A DNA stretch of 42,992 bases from a virus: the UHGV virus genome UHGV-0205696; one strand, written 5' to 3'. How positions within the stretch are numbered: the first letter of the stretch is position 1; each line of letters starts with the position of its first letter. The notes under the pieces were generated by a model that did no database searches, was not told the origin of the DNA, and saw only the letters and a program-made list of their open reading frames with translations. Shown here piece by piece: positions 16,886-25,764 of this stretch. Position numbers and translations under genes: made by a program.

Positions 16886-17083
16886 ATGTCATTACAAGAT
16901 GTAATTCAAAGAAATAATGAAAAACTCAACCAAAAAATTGGATTTATGAAAATTCACACTGCTGAACAGCTTGAAACATATCCTGATGAAGCAGCTAACT
17001 TGTTTGCTGAAATTGACCGCTTGAAGGCCGCTAGATACTACTTTGGGATGGAGGCACGTCATGATGAACAGCTCGCTAAGTGA
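16886..17083 (+). CDS. Hypothetical protein
   Basis: GAGG RBS; 65 aa. Confidence 0.55.
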   Translation: MSLQDVIQRNNEKLNQKIGFMKIHTAEQLETYPDEAANLFAEIDRLKAARYYFGMEARHDEQLAK

Positions 17084-17339
17084 AGTTTTCGCAACTAATG
17101 TACGCACACGGCTTGCGGCCATTCAGATGTCCAAGCGGCAGCTTGCTAGTAAGACCAACGTTTCCCGGAACACTATTAATTCTGCCTGTACTGGGCAGGC
17201 CAAAATGATTAAGTTTGAAACCATTTCTCAAATTGCCCAAGCGCTTAGATGCTCTCCGCGACAATTATTTGATGAGGACCATAATTGGGCACTATACAAG
17301 TGGGCCAACGATTATCGAAAGGAAGATGAGCATGACTAA
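17061..17339 (+). CDS. XRE-family HTH protein
   Basis: MSKRQLASKTNVSRNTINS...IAQALRCSPRQLF. Confidence 0.75.
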   Translation: MMNSSLSEVFATNVRTRLAAIQMSKRQLASKTNVSRNTINSACTGQAKMIKFETISQIAQALRCSPRQLFDEDHNWALYKWANDYRKEDEHD

Positions 17340-17616
17340 CTCCGTCCCAGAATGGCAAATCAAGTTTACCGATGTTGCTTCCCAGTTAGTCGATGAGCTT
17401 TTGGCAAGTGCTAAGCAGTGCGATACGTATGGAGAAGCAACCAGCTTTATCAAGAAGCTGTCTAGCAAAGCATACGGCACAGCCGACGATGGCAAGGCCT
17501 TGGCAACTATGAAGCTGAATGACGCAATTTGCGAGTGCGCTCTGCATGAGCTCTACAAAGAAGAACGGTCATTGCCGATAAGGAGGGACGACGATGCAGA
17601 AGTCAGAGACAGTTAA
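17332..17616 (+). CDS. Hypothetical protein
   Basis: ORF coupled to both neighbours; start 17326 or 17332. Confidence 0.55.
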   Translation: MTNSVPEWQIKFTDVASQLVDELLASAKQCDTYGEATSFIKKLSSKAYGTADDGKALATMKLNDAICECALHELYKEERSLPIRRDDDAEVRDS

Positions 17617-18310
17617 GGACTTGTTTATTGGATTGGTGAAGCTCCGACAGGCTATCAAACAGCCGCCTAAGGACGCTAAGAATCCATTCTTCAAGAGTAA
17701 TTATGTCACTCTTGAAGGTGTCCAGAAGGCCATTGACGAGGCCAAAGAAGGAACTGGTATAGATTACTCACAGTTCGTTGAAACAAGCCCAGATGGGCGC
17801 ACAGGGGTGTCCACGATGGTGTACTCAGAAAAGGGTGAATATATCATCACTGACCCGTTGTACTTGCAGCCAGTCAAGAATGACCCACAGGGTAACGGGT
17901 CAGTTGTGACGTATAGCCGCCGTTATCAGCTCAGTGCCTTGTTCGGTATCAGTAGTGATATTGACGATGATGGAAATAACGCTTCTGGCAATCAGCAACA
18001 AAGGCAATCACGTCAGCAAGGTAATTACCAGCGGCGCCAGCAGAATACGCCACGTCGGCAACAGTCAACCGCTAATCGTCAGCAATCAGCGCCTGACCCT
18101 ATATCACTGCAAAAGCAACAATATGAACAGACGATTAACAAAATCGTTGCTGCTACGGGCCAAAGCCGACATGATATTGAAACAGCCCTTGGAAAAACTC
18201 TTAAAGCTGATAGCGAGTATCAAGCCGCCAATAATCTTGGTAAGTGGCAGAAAACTAATAACGTAGCTAACGAGATGCTTAAACGGAGTATTGAAGAGAA
18301 CCAGCAATGA
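17594..18310 (+). CDS. erf: ERF-family single-strand annealing protein
   Basis: KDAKNPFFKSNYVTL, DPQGNGSVVTYSRRYQLSALFGISSDIDDDG. Confidence 0.9.
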   Translation: MQKSETVKDLFIGLVKLRQAIKQPPKDAKNPFFKSNYVTLEGVQKAIDEAKEGTGIDYSQFVETSPDGRTGVSTMVYSEKGEYIITDPLYLQPVKNDPQGNGSVVTYSRRYQLSALFGISSDIDDDGNNASGNQQQRQSRQQGNYQRRQQNTPRRQQSTANRQQSAPDPISLQKQQYEQTINKIVAATGQSRHDIETALGKTLKADSEYQAANNLGKWQKTNNVANEMLKRSIEENQQ

Positions 18311-18335
18311 GCCAACGCTTAATTGAGGTGCAAAA

Positions 18336-19253
18336 ATGGGGAAATTATTAATTGATGAACAGCCATTACAATGCCAGCCAAGTTTGGCTGCCGTATTAGG
18401 GAGCGCAGATGAAGCAATTGTACTTCAGCAGCTTCATTACTGGCTTAGCCGGACCAACAATGTTCAAAGTGACGGTCACAAGTGGATCTACAATAGCATG
18501 GCCGATTGGCTCAAACAGTTCCCGTGGATTAACTCCCGCAATACTTTGTCGGGATATTTCAACGATTTAGAAAAACGTGGACTAGTTATCACCGGCAATT
18601 TCAACAAAGTCAAATTCGATAAGACTAAGTGGTATCGGATCAATTATGATGCATTGACGGATTTAGAGCAACGATTGTCGGAAAAACATTCATCGAATGC
18701 CCAAAAATTGAGCAACGGAATGCCCAACGATTGTGCAAGCAATGACCAAGAATTGGGCAATGGAACGTCAAAAAATGAGGCAACCTATACCAATAGACTA
18801 CCAGAGACTACTACAAGAGAAGATGACGACGACGCTCACACGCGCGATGCACAGCCTGCCGATGAAGATCCATTCACTTTGGCAAACCAAGCTAATATCA
18901 ACGTCAACAGTGCTCTGAATCTGCAGGTGTTCGTTGACTTTATCGACACTTTAGGAGCTCCTGTCGTCTGTTGGGCTATCCGTAGAACGAATGATAAGGC
19001 TTCACACCCTAATTGGAGTTACTTGTTAAGCGTCATGAAAGACCTAGAGGCTAACTCTGTCCGTACTGTTGAGCAGGCCGAAGAACTAGCTGCTCAGCAC
19101 AAGAAGCAGACGGCAAAAGCTCACAGTCGACCTAGATACGGCCACCAGCATATTGAGGGGGCGCTACCCGACTGGGCTAAGAAACAGAATCAGCCGAAGA
19201 AAGAGCTAAGCCCAGAGTTCCTGAAACGCCTAGCCGGAGATGAGGAGGGCTGA
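18336..19253 (+). CDS. Phage replication initiator (N-terminal winged helix, C-terminal DnaD-like domain)
   Basis: LLIDEQPL..PSLA..LG..EAIVLQQLHYWL, DKTKWYRINY; C-terminal NWSYL...L..W-like DnaD pattern; internal iterons. Confidence 0.85.
   Translation: MGKLLIDEQPLQCQPSLAAVLGSADEAIVLQQLHYWLSRTNNVQSDGHKWIYNSMADWLKQFPWINSRNTLSGYFNDLEKRGLVITGNFNKVKFDKTKWYRINYDALTDLEQRLSEKHSSNAQKLSNGMPNDCASNDQELGNGTSKNEATYTNRLPETTTREDDDDAHTRDAQPADEDPFTLANQANINVNSALNLQVFVDFIDTLGAPVVCWAIRRTNDKASHPNWSYLLSVMKDLEANSVRTVEQAEELAAQHKKQTAKAHSRPRYGHQHIEGALPDWAKKQNQPKKELSPEFLKRLAGDEEG
18696..18783 (+). repeat. Putative replication origin iterons
   Basis: Four ~20 bp imperfect repeats AATG(C/A)CCAA...TTG.GCAA at 18696, 18719, 18741 and 18764 (22-23 bp period). 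Confidence 0.7.
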
Positions 19254-19255
19254 TA

Positions 19256-19582
19256 ATGACGACTGAAGAAGTGAGTGAGCGCTACAAGCCAATTGACGCG
19301 TTAATTGACAGCATTCCGGAGGAAACTCTCACTGGTGAAAACGGTGTTGAGTACGCCAGTCCAGGTTTCTCGCTGAAAGTGCGATTAATGCTAGTAATTC
19401 ATCACTGCAAGAACATGAAGCTGCGGAGCATTGACTTCCCGGCTCCATTTAGCAAATCGGAATTATCCGAGCTAGTAAAATCGCCATACACGAAAGCCAA
19501 GTTGGAGCAGGCGAAGGATTTACAAGACAAGTATCGTCAACTAGACGAGGAATCACTTCAAAAAGGGGGCAGAGTAGCATGA
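19256..19582 (+). CDS. Hypothetical protein
   Basis: GAGGAGG RBS; follows the initiator. Confidence 0.65.
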   Translation: MTTEEVSERYKPIDALIDSIPEETLTGENGVEYASPGFSLKVRLMLVIHHCKNMKLRSIDFPAPFSKSELSELVKSPYTKAKLEQAKDLQDKYRQLDEESLQKGGRVA

Positions 19583-19911
19583 CTATCGCTGATGACAAGG
19601 AACGGGAACTGAACTTATCACGACGCTTAGCCACCGTGCCTGGCATAACCACCCGCATGGATAAGCAGATGGGCGTGATGATTTACCTGGAGAAGGACGC
19701 CCCAGCTCCCGAGGAATATGCCGACAATGGCATGTGGCTGTATGCAGTTAGTGCTAAAGACACAAGCATGGGGGAAGTTAGCAAATACAATTTCGACCAA
19801 AGAATCGCGATGAACATTGATGACAGCATTCTCAACACTGTTACTGACATCATCGTTGAATTTATTTACGGAGGTAAGAACTATGCAACTGAGCAACCTA
19901 TTACGGCCTGA
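19579..19911 (+). CDS. Hypothetical protein
   Basis: ATGA coupling; 110 aa. Confidence 0.65.
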   Translation: MTIADDKERELNLSRRLATVPGITTRMDKQMGVMIYLEKDAPAPEEYADNGMWLYAVSAKDTSMGEVSKYNFDQRIAMNIDDSILNTVTDIIVEFIYGGKNYATEQPITA

Positions 19912-20218
19912 TAGGGTCAAGAATTACCAAAAAACCGCGCTCAAAGAGGACGTTGTCAAGTTTTATGAACAATGCCTAAAAGTGCAGATCTATGACCTGG
20001 GTAAGCTGACCGGTCTTGCCCTGCCTACCAGTGAGAAGGGGCTGGACGGAAATTACTACGGTGGTGAGCAGATTATCACTAAAGCCCAGGACGCCGGTAT
20101 TGACCTGCGAGCAATTGCCAGTGCTGTTTTTAACCAGCTGGTCAAGATGGGCTGGGAAGACGCTGCCGCTACGTATGACGATAGCCAGTTCAACATCGAC
20201 CTTGTGGAGGCGGAATAA
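19883..20218 (+). CDS. Hypothetical protein
   Basis: GGAGG RBS before ATG at 19883. Confidence 0.65.
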   Translation: MQLSNLLRPDRVKNYQKTALKEDVVKFYEQCLKVQIYDLGKLTGLALPTSEKGLDGNYYGGEQIITKAQDAGIDLRAIASAVFNQLVKMGWEDAAATYDDSQFNIDLVEAE

Positions 20219-20222
20219 GGGC

Positions 20223-20543
20223 ATGAATGACTTAGCAAAGCAACTGGTAGTCAATGCTGGCAAGGTTGACCGCTACCAGAGCAAACAGCGCCTAGCGCAC
20301 ATGACCAGCCATTACTTCAACGGGATCATGATTGGTGTGTCACTGTGCTTCTTCGTGTCGCCTGACAATTATCGTGGTGAGTGGATTCTCTTCCTGTTGG
20401 CGACAATGGGCTTCACGACCTGCGTATGGCTGTCTAGCCGGTGGCAACGTCGAATCAACGCCCTGGCCGATGAGGGCGCCATGCTGATGGAGAAGATGGT
20501 GGAAAGGATGAAAGCAAGTAATGAAGCTGAAACTAGAAACTGA
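20223..20543 (+). CDS. Hypothetical two-TM membrane protein
   Basis: Two hydrophobic segments; start inferred from the RBS. Confidence 0.55.
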   Translation: MNDLAKQLVVNAGKVDRYQSKQRLAHMTSHYFNGIMIGVSLCFFVSPDNYRGEWILFLLATMGFTTCVWLSSRWQRRINALADEGAMLMEKMVERMKASNEAETRN

Positions 20544-21018
20544 AAGCGTCAGCGTTAAGCTGACCACCAAAGACGATGACGTCGACTTCAAGGCCCTGGT
20601 AAAGGTCTATGAGCTGGTAACCGGTGATGAACTGGAAATCAACGAGACCGAGCCTAGCCGTCCGGAGCCAAAGCCAAGTAAGCCAGCAATCGACCGAGGG
20701 GGGGTAAAGACCATCACCGATGATCTGACCCCTGATAGCACCCCTGGCTGGCATGAACCAGTAAAGGTCGAGCTGATGTGCCCATACTGCGGCAACAATG
20801 CGGTCACAACTGTCTGGTATGGTAACAAATTTATGAAGTGCCCGAAGTGCGGCGAAAAGGTACGCCTGGAAGGTGCCACTTCCCGGTGGGGTGTACCTGA
20901 CCAGCACGGCTTTTACTACAAGGCCCAAGAAGTCTGGCGTGACTACCAGGCAGAGCAGGCCGACGACAATTTGCTTAAAGCAATGAAGGCGAAAATGGAG
21001 GAGAACAATGCGAAATAG
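20521..21018 (+). CDS. Zn-ribbon-containing hypothetical protein
   Basis: CPYCG...CPKCG. Confidence 0.65.
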   Translation: MKLKLETESVSVKLTTKDDDVDFKALVKVYELVTGDELEINETEPSRPEPKPSKPAIDRGGVKTITDDLTPDSTPGWHEPVKVELMCPYCGNNAVTTVWYGNKFMKCPKCGEKVRLEGATSRWGVPDQHGFYYKAQEVWRDYQAEQADDNLLKAMKAKMEENNAK

Positions 21019-21451
21019 GATTGATGAAGTGCTCAAGGAGCAGGGCAAGACGTATAAGGACTTGGTTCCATTGACCGGGTTGAGTGAATACGTAATTGGC
21101 CAAATGGCTAAAGCTGGCGATGATGAAACCTTTGGGGCTTGGCTTTCCATAGCGCGGGCCTTAGGTGTCAGCCCCTGCTTACCTGTTCCCGATCAGTGGA
21201 ACAATTATACTTCTCGCATTCCACTTGTAACTTGGTCAACTTATGTATATCCACCTGATAGCGAAGACTATGTTGAACGCTTAAATGCGAGCTTCAACTC
21301 ACCGATGGAGGCATATAAATGGTTAGCGCCACTGTTGGTTAAATATGCAAATGAACGTCGAAAGGATGAGGAGGCTCAACAATGCTACATGAATATCGCA
21401 AGAAGACGACCATCAAGGCCGAGCAGTTCGATGGGTCAACTAAGCAGATAG
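21008..21451 (+). CDS. XRE-HTH domain protein
   Basis: NRIDEVLKEQGKTYKDL...IARALGVSP. Confidence 0.6.
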   Translation: MRNRIDEVLKEQGKTYKDLVPLTGLSEYVIGQMAKAGDDETFGAWLSIARALGVSPCLPVPDQWNNYTSRIPLVTWSTYVYPPDSEDYVERLNASFNSPMEAYKWLAPLLVKYANERRKDEEAQQCYMNIARRRPSRPSSSMGQLSR

Positions 21452-21633
21452 CTAGGTACAAGGTACACATTGTTGGGCCAACATCATGGGGTGATGCTTC
21501 TTACTTCTTGCTTCCAACAAAAGAGGGAAATATGAAAATCAACAAGGGCGATTGGATTGCCACTGGCATTGATGGTGAGCACTGGGCCATTGCCGATGAC
21601 ATCTTCCGCCGGACGTATGAGAGGTGCGACTGA
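21382..21633 (+). CDS. Conserved phage protein (PGDYG-like)
   Basis: YRKK..IKAEQFDG...TKEG.MKINKGDWIATGIDGEHWAI..DIF..TYE. Confidence 0.75.
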   Translation: MLHEYRKKTTIKAEQFDGSTKQIARYKVHIVGPTSWGDASYFLLPTKEGNMKINKGDWIATGIDGEHWAIADDIFRRTYERCD

Positions 21634-21839
21634 TGAGCAAGCAACGGAGAAAACATCATAATGTAGTAGCACGGCAATATACGTATAAAGTAGCAAGAGA
21701 ATTGGCTGATAATTTCTTATATAAACATAAGCCACGTTGGAGGCAGACATGCAAAGCTACTAATAAAAGTGCTAGACAACTTGATTATGCAATGATTGGG
21801 CCAGAATTTTACGGAGTAGCAAAACAGAGGTGGAGATAA
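21633..21839 (+). CDS. Basic hypothetical protein
   Basis: TGATG coupling; 68 aa. Confidence 0.5.
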   Translation: MSKQRRKHHNVVARQYTYKVARELADNFLYKHKPRWRQTCKATNKSARQLDYAMIGPEFYGVAKQRWR

Positions 21840-22045
21840 TGAAGTTAACTGAAAAGCAGAATAACTGTCCGTACTGTCGTGACCGGGCTAACCTGTTGCA
21901 AAGCAATGACGAACGTCCCATTGATGGCGACATTGTGTACATCAACAAAGACGGTTACTTGAACAGTGAAACTGATTGCTGCCATGTGTACCGAAAGATT
22001 AACTACTGTCCGATGTGTGGGAGGGATTTAAGCCTTGTTGACTGA
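21839..22045 (+). CDS. Zn-finger mini-protein, paralogue 1
   Basis: LTEKQNNCPYC...INYCPMCGR. Confidence 0.7.
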   Translation: MKLTEKQNNCPYCRDRANLLQSNDERPIDGDIVYINKDGYLNSETDCCHVYRKINYCPMCGRDLSLVD

Positions 22046-22223
22046 AAAGCAGAAAAACTGCCCGTTTTGTCATGATGATAGCTATACACCAATTGTGCAT
22101 GATGGTTGGCTTGAACTTGGATCGTACGAATCAAGATTTAAGCTGGTCACTGATTATGGCAGCTATGACTTGCCATTTAGATTTTGCCCGATGTGCGGAA
22201 GGAGACTAGGCCATGCTAACTGA
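22035..22223 (+). CDS. Zn-finger mini-protein, paralogue 2
   Basis: LTEKQKNCPFC...FCPMCGR. Confidence 0.7.
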   Translation: MLTEKQKNCPFCHDDSYTPIVHDGWLELGSYESRFKLVTDYGSYDLPFRFCPMCGRRLGHAN

Positions 22224-22488
22224 AGAACAAAAGAATTGTCCATACTGTCATCCGGGGAGTAATCTAACCCCACATAATGCTTGGGATGATGGCGAACTAC
22301 AATTTGAGGAATTAGATGACCCCAAAGTTGATAATAGTGGGGATTGCTGGGGCGACATTGGCTTTGCCCCTGCGGGGAAAATACTAACTTCGTGGGGTGA
22401 AGGTGCAGAGCCTCTAATTATTAATATTAACTACTGTCCCATGTGCGGCCGTACCTTAGGAGGTAACGAAGATGAATCTATTTCATAG
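22213..22488 (+). CDS. Zn-finger mini-protein, paralogue 3
   Basis: LTEEQKNCPYC...INYCPMCGR. Confidence 0.7.
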   Translation: MLTEEQKNCPYCHPGSNLTPHNAWDDGELQFEELDDPKVDNSGDCWGDIGFAPAGKILTSWGEGAEPLIININYCPMCGRTLGGNEDESIS

Positions 22489-22879
22489 GCACAAAAAAAT
22501 TAATGACGTTCTGGAAGTTAATTACACATGCTACTGCAAAGATAAGCCGTCCGGTATCGATTCTTCAGAAACATTCTTTTTCGTCAAAGTTGGTAACCTT
22601 TGGATTCACAGCGCTAAATTTGAGGGAAAGTATTTACACGATTCCATTTGGGATAGCTCAGATGAACGCCAGCTCAATCCTAAAGCAGGCCAGTGCTATT
22701 ATGTTAAAACATCTAAGGAGTTAACTTTTGCACAGAGATTCGATGATTTTAGCAAGGCGGTGCTAGCTGCTGACTATTGCGGTGGGAAAGTAATCAGTAT
22801 GGAACCACGGGAAATCGAAGTGAGTAAGGAGCTGACGAAAGCAGTCACCAAACTTGCAGAAATGAGGATAAAAAATTGA
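22472..22879 (+). CDS. Hypothetical protein
   Basis: AGGAGG RBS; 135 aa. Confidence 0.65.
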   Translation: MNLFHRHKKINDVLEVNYTCYCKDKPSGIDSSETFFFVKVGNLWIHSAKFEGKYLHDSIWDSSDERQLNPKAGQCYYVKTSKELTFAQRFDDFSKAVLAADYCGGKVISMEPREIEVSKELTKAVTKLAEMRIKN

Positions 22880-22998
22880 CTGATTTAGAAGTATGTATTG
22901 GATTAGCAATGCTGATGGCATTCTGCGCTGGGTTTGTTCTGGCAACAGTGCTAAACATCAAGAGGGATAGTCATGATAAAGATAACCATTCCAATTGA
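22876..22998 (+). CDS. Small single-TM peptide (40 aa)
   Basis: TTG start overlapping the upstream stop; GAGGA RBS; hydrophobic core. Confidence 0.4.
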   Translation: MTDLEVCIGLAMLMAFCAGFVLATVLNIKRDSHDKDNHSN

Positions 22999-23383
22999 GC
23001 CTGTGGAGCAAGCACGCCCCAGGGCGGTCAGAATGCGGCGAGGGGTAAGGCTTTATGATCCGGCCAAGGTCCGAAAATACAAGAGTGACCTGGCACTGCG
23101 GGTCAGAATGCGGTACCCAAGCAAGCCACTAACTGGGCCATTAAAAGTCACGCTGAGATTTTATCGTCACTTACAGGCTTCACTCACAAAAAAAGAACGC
23201 GCCCTGCGGCTGTCAGGAGCCCACAGGCCGACTGTTAAGCCTGATACCGATAATTACATTAAGAGCACGCTCGATGGCTTAAACGGCCTGCTGTGGGCTG
23301 ACGATAACCAGATTGTTGACTTGACTGCCAGCAAATTTTATTCAGACCGTCCCAGAGTAGAAATCGAGGTGGAAGAACTGTGA
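22973..23383 (+). CDS. rusA: RusA-family Holliday junction resolvase
   Basis: QARPR, KPDTDNYIKSTLDGLNG..WADDNQIV. Confidence 0.9.
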   Translation: MIKITIPIEPVEQARPRAVRMRRGVRLYDPAKVRKYKSDLALRVRMRYPSKPLTGPLKVTLRFYRHLQASLTKKERALRLSGAHRPTVKPDTDNYIKSTLDGLNGLLWADDNQIVDLTASKFYSDRPRVEIEVEEL

Positions 23384-23922
23384 CAAATTATGTTGGCCCA
23401 CTGGATGTGCCCAGAACTTTGGACCGATTAGAACGGCGCTTAGGTATGGATTGGATCAAGAGCCCATACACGAGGTTTGAAGATGTTCTTGCTCCTGATG
23501 ATCCGGATTTGCAAATTATCTTAAAGCTACGCAAAAAAGCGAAAGGCGGCAGGCCAAACTATCCAAGGCGGCGACGTTCTGATAGTTATACCCATCGTCT
23601 AACCGCTATGCGTGATGACATCAAAGCACAGATTCAAGGTGGCTGGACGAGGGAAAAGATTGCCAAGGCTGCGGGTGTATCACCAGCAACACTAACAAAT
23701 TTTATCCACGCGGACTTAGAGCTAAACTTGCTATTCAAAGGACGTGGTCGTGTGGCGACTAAGCCCGATAAGACACTGCAAGTAATTCGACTGCATGAAC
23801 AGGGGCTTAATAGCTACCAAATCAGAAAGCAAACCGGCTTAGATCACAAAGCAATTAATGGGATTATCGCAAAGTACGAAGAGGATATTTTAACCACTGA
23901 AAGTTTGAAGCAGTACAACTGA
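23380..23922 (+). CDS. HTH-containing hypothetical protein
   Basis: Two HTH-like segments: TREKIAKAAGVSPATL and NSYQIRKQTGL. Confidence 0.6.
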   Translation: MTNYVGPLDVPRTLDRLERRLGMDWIKSPYTRFEDVLAPDDPDLQIILKLRKKAKGGRPNYPRRRRSDSYTHRLTAMRDDIKAQIQGGWTREKIAKAAGVSPATLTNFIHADLELNLLFKGRGRVATKPDKTLQVIRLHEQGLNSYQIRKQTGLDHKAINGIIAKYEEDILTTESLKQYN

Positions 23923-23935
23923 GGAGGAAGACACA

Positions 23936-24046
23936 GTGAAGAAGCCTAAAAAGAAGAGTAAACGCTCCGCTATCAAGAAGAAGCGGCGCCGTATGAAGCA
24001 GCACGCCATTGAGCACGCCAAGGAAACTCTGGGGGAAAGTAAATGA
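23936..24046 (+). CDS. Highly basic small protein (36 aa)
   Basis: GAGGAGG RBS; MKKPKKKSKRSAIKKKRRRMKQH. Confidence 0.55.
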   Translation: MKKPKKKSKRSAIKKKRRRMKQHAIEHAKETLGESK

Positions 24047-24216
24047 AAATTATATGTTTCTCAATTGTAACGATTGTCGGTCTGTGTGTCGCAGCAATTC
24101 CCTTTTTCAAATCGGGCAGTGACGATATAGAAGACGCTTGGTTTGCCTCTTTCATGCTGTTGACCGCTATCTTTTTCATAGTAGCTGTTTTCGGAGTAAC
24201 GCTTTTTGTTAATTAG
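24043..24216 (+). CDS. Small two-TM protein (57 aa)
   Basis: ATGA coupling; two hydrophobic segments. Confidence 0.5.
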   Translation: MKIICFSIVTIVGLCVAAIPFFKSGSDDIEDAWFASFMLLTAIFFIVAVFGVTLFVN

Positions 24217-24230
24217 TGGGAGGTTAAGTG

Positions 24231-24362
24231 ATGAACGACTTAAAGGGGAATGGGCTGGCCGTTTGCGGCATCTGCTGCTTGATAGCGGCAGAGCTGTATT
24301 TTAAGGCCCCTGGTTGGGTAATTGGATGGACAATCTTTGGCTTGTTTTGTGCCTTGCCATAA
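24231..24362 (+). CDS. Small membrane protein (43 aa)
   Basis: GGAGG RBS; hydrophobic. Confidence 0.45.
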   Translation: MNDLKGNGLAVCGICCLIAAELYFKAPGWVIGWTIFGLFCALP

Positions 24363-24439
24363 AGAAAAAGCGCTCCATTTCTGGAGCGCCCCCTCATAAA
24401 AACTAACAAATTCATTATATCACTATGTGGGGGTTCATT

Positions 24440-24883
24440 GTGAGTAATCTAAAACAAGAAACAATTTTTGATAGCGCAGTAGACATCGACGAAACCATTA
24501 GCAAAGTGAAACATTTCTTTGAAGTCGATTACCCAGCCGCCGAGCGAAGGGCCAAAGTGAAGCTGGGGATTATATCATCGCCGTCTATGGACGGTATGCC
24601 CAAGGGGACGCCAGTAGGTAACGCGATGGAAAATAAGTTGGTTAATCGTGCGTACTGCCGGCAAGTAGTAGAAGCCGTTCCGTTGGTGATTGATAGTTGC
24701 TCACAGTGGAGTCAGTACATCTTAAAGACCCTATATCTTCAAGAACGCAGTGATGATTACTGTGTAGCCAATATTCCGTTCTCAGATAGTTGGTACTACA
24801 AGACATTAAAACCTAGGGCTCTGGTTGAATTCGCTGAAATCTACCCAATCGAAGAGCTTATGGTATTCAAAAAAGTGGAGTGA
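24440..24883 (+). CDS. arpU: ArpU-family late transcriptional activator
   Basis: SSPSMDGMPK...N..E, YY..K..AL.EFAE.Y; last early gene before the packaging module. Confidence 0.85.
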   Translation: MSNLKQETIFDSAVDIDETISKVKHFFEVDYPAAERRAKVKLGIISSPSMDGMPKGTPVGNAMENKLVNRAYCRQVVEAVPLVIDSCSQWSQYILKTLYLQERSDDYCVANIPFSDSWYYKTLKPRALVEFAEIYPIEELMVFKKVE

Positions 24884-24925
24884 AAGTACAGTGAGAGTGG
24901 AGTTTTTGTACAGTAAGAGTACAGG
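24872..24925 (+). promoter_or_regulatory. Direct repeats at the arpU 3' end, likely activator-binding site of the late promoter
   Basis: AGTGGAGT twice and GTACAG three times at ~11 bp period; -10-like TATTCT at ~24946. Confidence 0.55.
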
Positions 24926-25453
24926 CACTAACCGAAAAACGGGGTTATTCTAGTAACATCAAGAATTGATAATTCACAATAACCCTACGCCCCAGGTATG
25001 GCGTTAAACTGCGTCTAGTATACGTGAGAGAAACGTTTGGGTATACTCACAGAAAAACTCAGGATTCTCTCGTTTAGCGGTGGAAATCAGAAGACGCCTA
25101 TGGTCTAGCAGGCGCAAGCTGACAGATGAGTGCAACGCTCATAATTCCACATTAGGAGCCTTGCACCACATGGTTCCGGGTAACGTCCCCTGGTGGGGGC
25201 ATAGAAGGGATGCTTCCGTGCCCTTCTACGCATGAAGCTGGTTCGATTCCGGCTCTTGCCTTTCGCCCAGGAAACACATCTTTTTTCTTACAATCTTTGA
25301 CATACGAGTTTACCTCCAATTAGTAAAGTACGTTTTCTAACAACTACCTGGGCGCCCGGTGCTACGGCACAAAGAAGCTCGCAGCTTGCTTCATCGGCTT
25401 AGCAGCTGCACATTATACCTGCTCAAGTGGGAATTCTCATTGGGTAGGTTTAC

Positions 25454-25529
25454 GCTGATGTGAGCCAATGGCAGGCCGCTGGTTTCCATTTAACGACCAG
25501 AGAAGGCGGTTCGAATCCGTCCATCAGCA
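25454..25529 (+). tRNA. tRNA-like gene with an aberrant 12 nt anticodon loop (possible pseudo-tRNA)
   Basis: Acceptor GCTGATG/CATCAGC; T arm GGCGG-TTCGAAT-CCGTC; D loop containing TGG; anticodon stem CTGGT/ACCAG with loop TTCCATTTAACG. Confidence 0.6.
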
Positions 25530-25764
25530 TTGTGGAGCACTGACTACATTGCAACGTCAACTAAAAAGTCACGCAGTGCTTCACGTGCACGAAGCCTTTT
25601 ATCTTAGACTTGGGATTTAGTCCCCTTTTACTTTTGTGTCTGCTTCGTGTTTTACGGGTAATGGTAGCCTCTGGAGTGGTCAAGGCTTGCAGGTTCGACT
25701 CCTTGATTGTTTATAGGCTCCGTTGGGATTTGCTTTATAACACAATAAAATTGAAAGGAGCCAT

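Noticed and set aside
18696..18783. CRISPR-like repeat array
   Set aside because: Repeats are nearly adjacent, with no spacers, and lie inside the initiator gene; better explained as iterons
20533..21150. 205 aa minus-strand ORF
   Set aside because: Overlaps well-supported, coupled plus-strand genes; no domain signal
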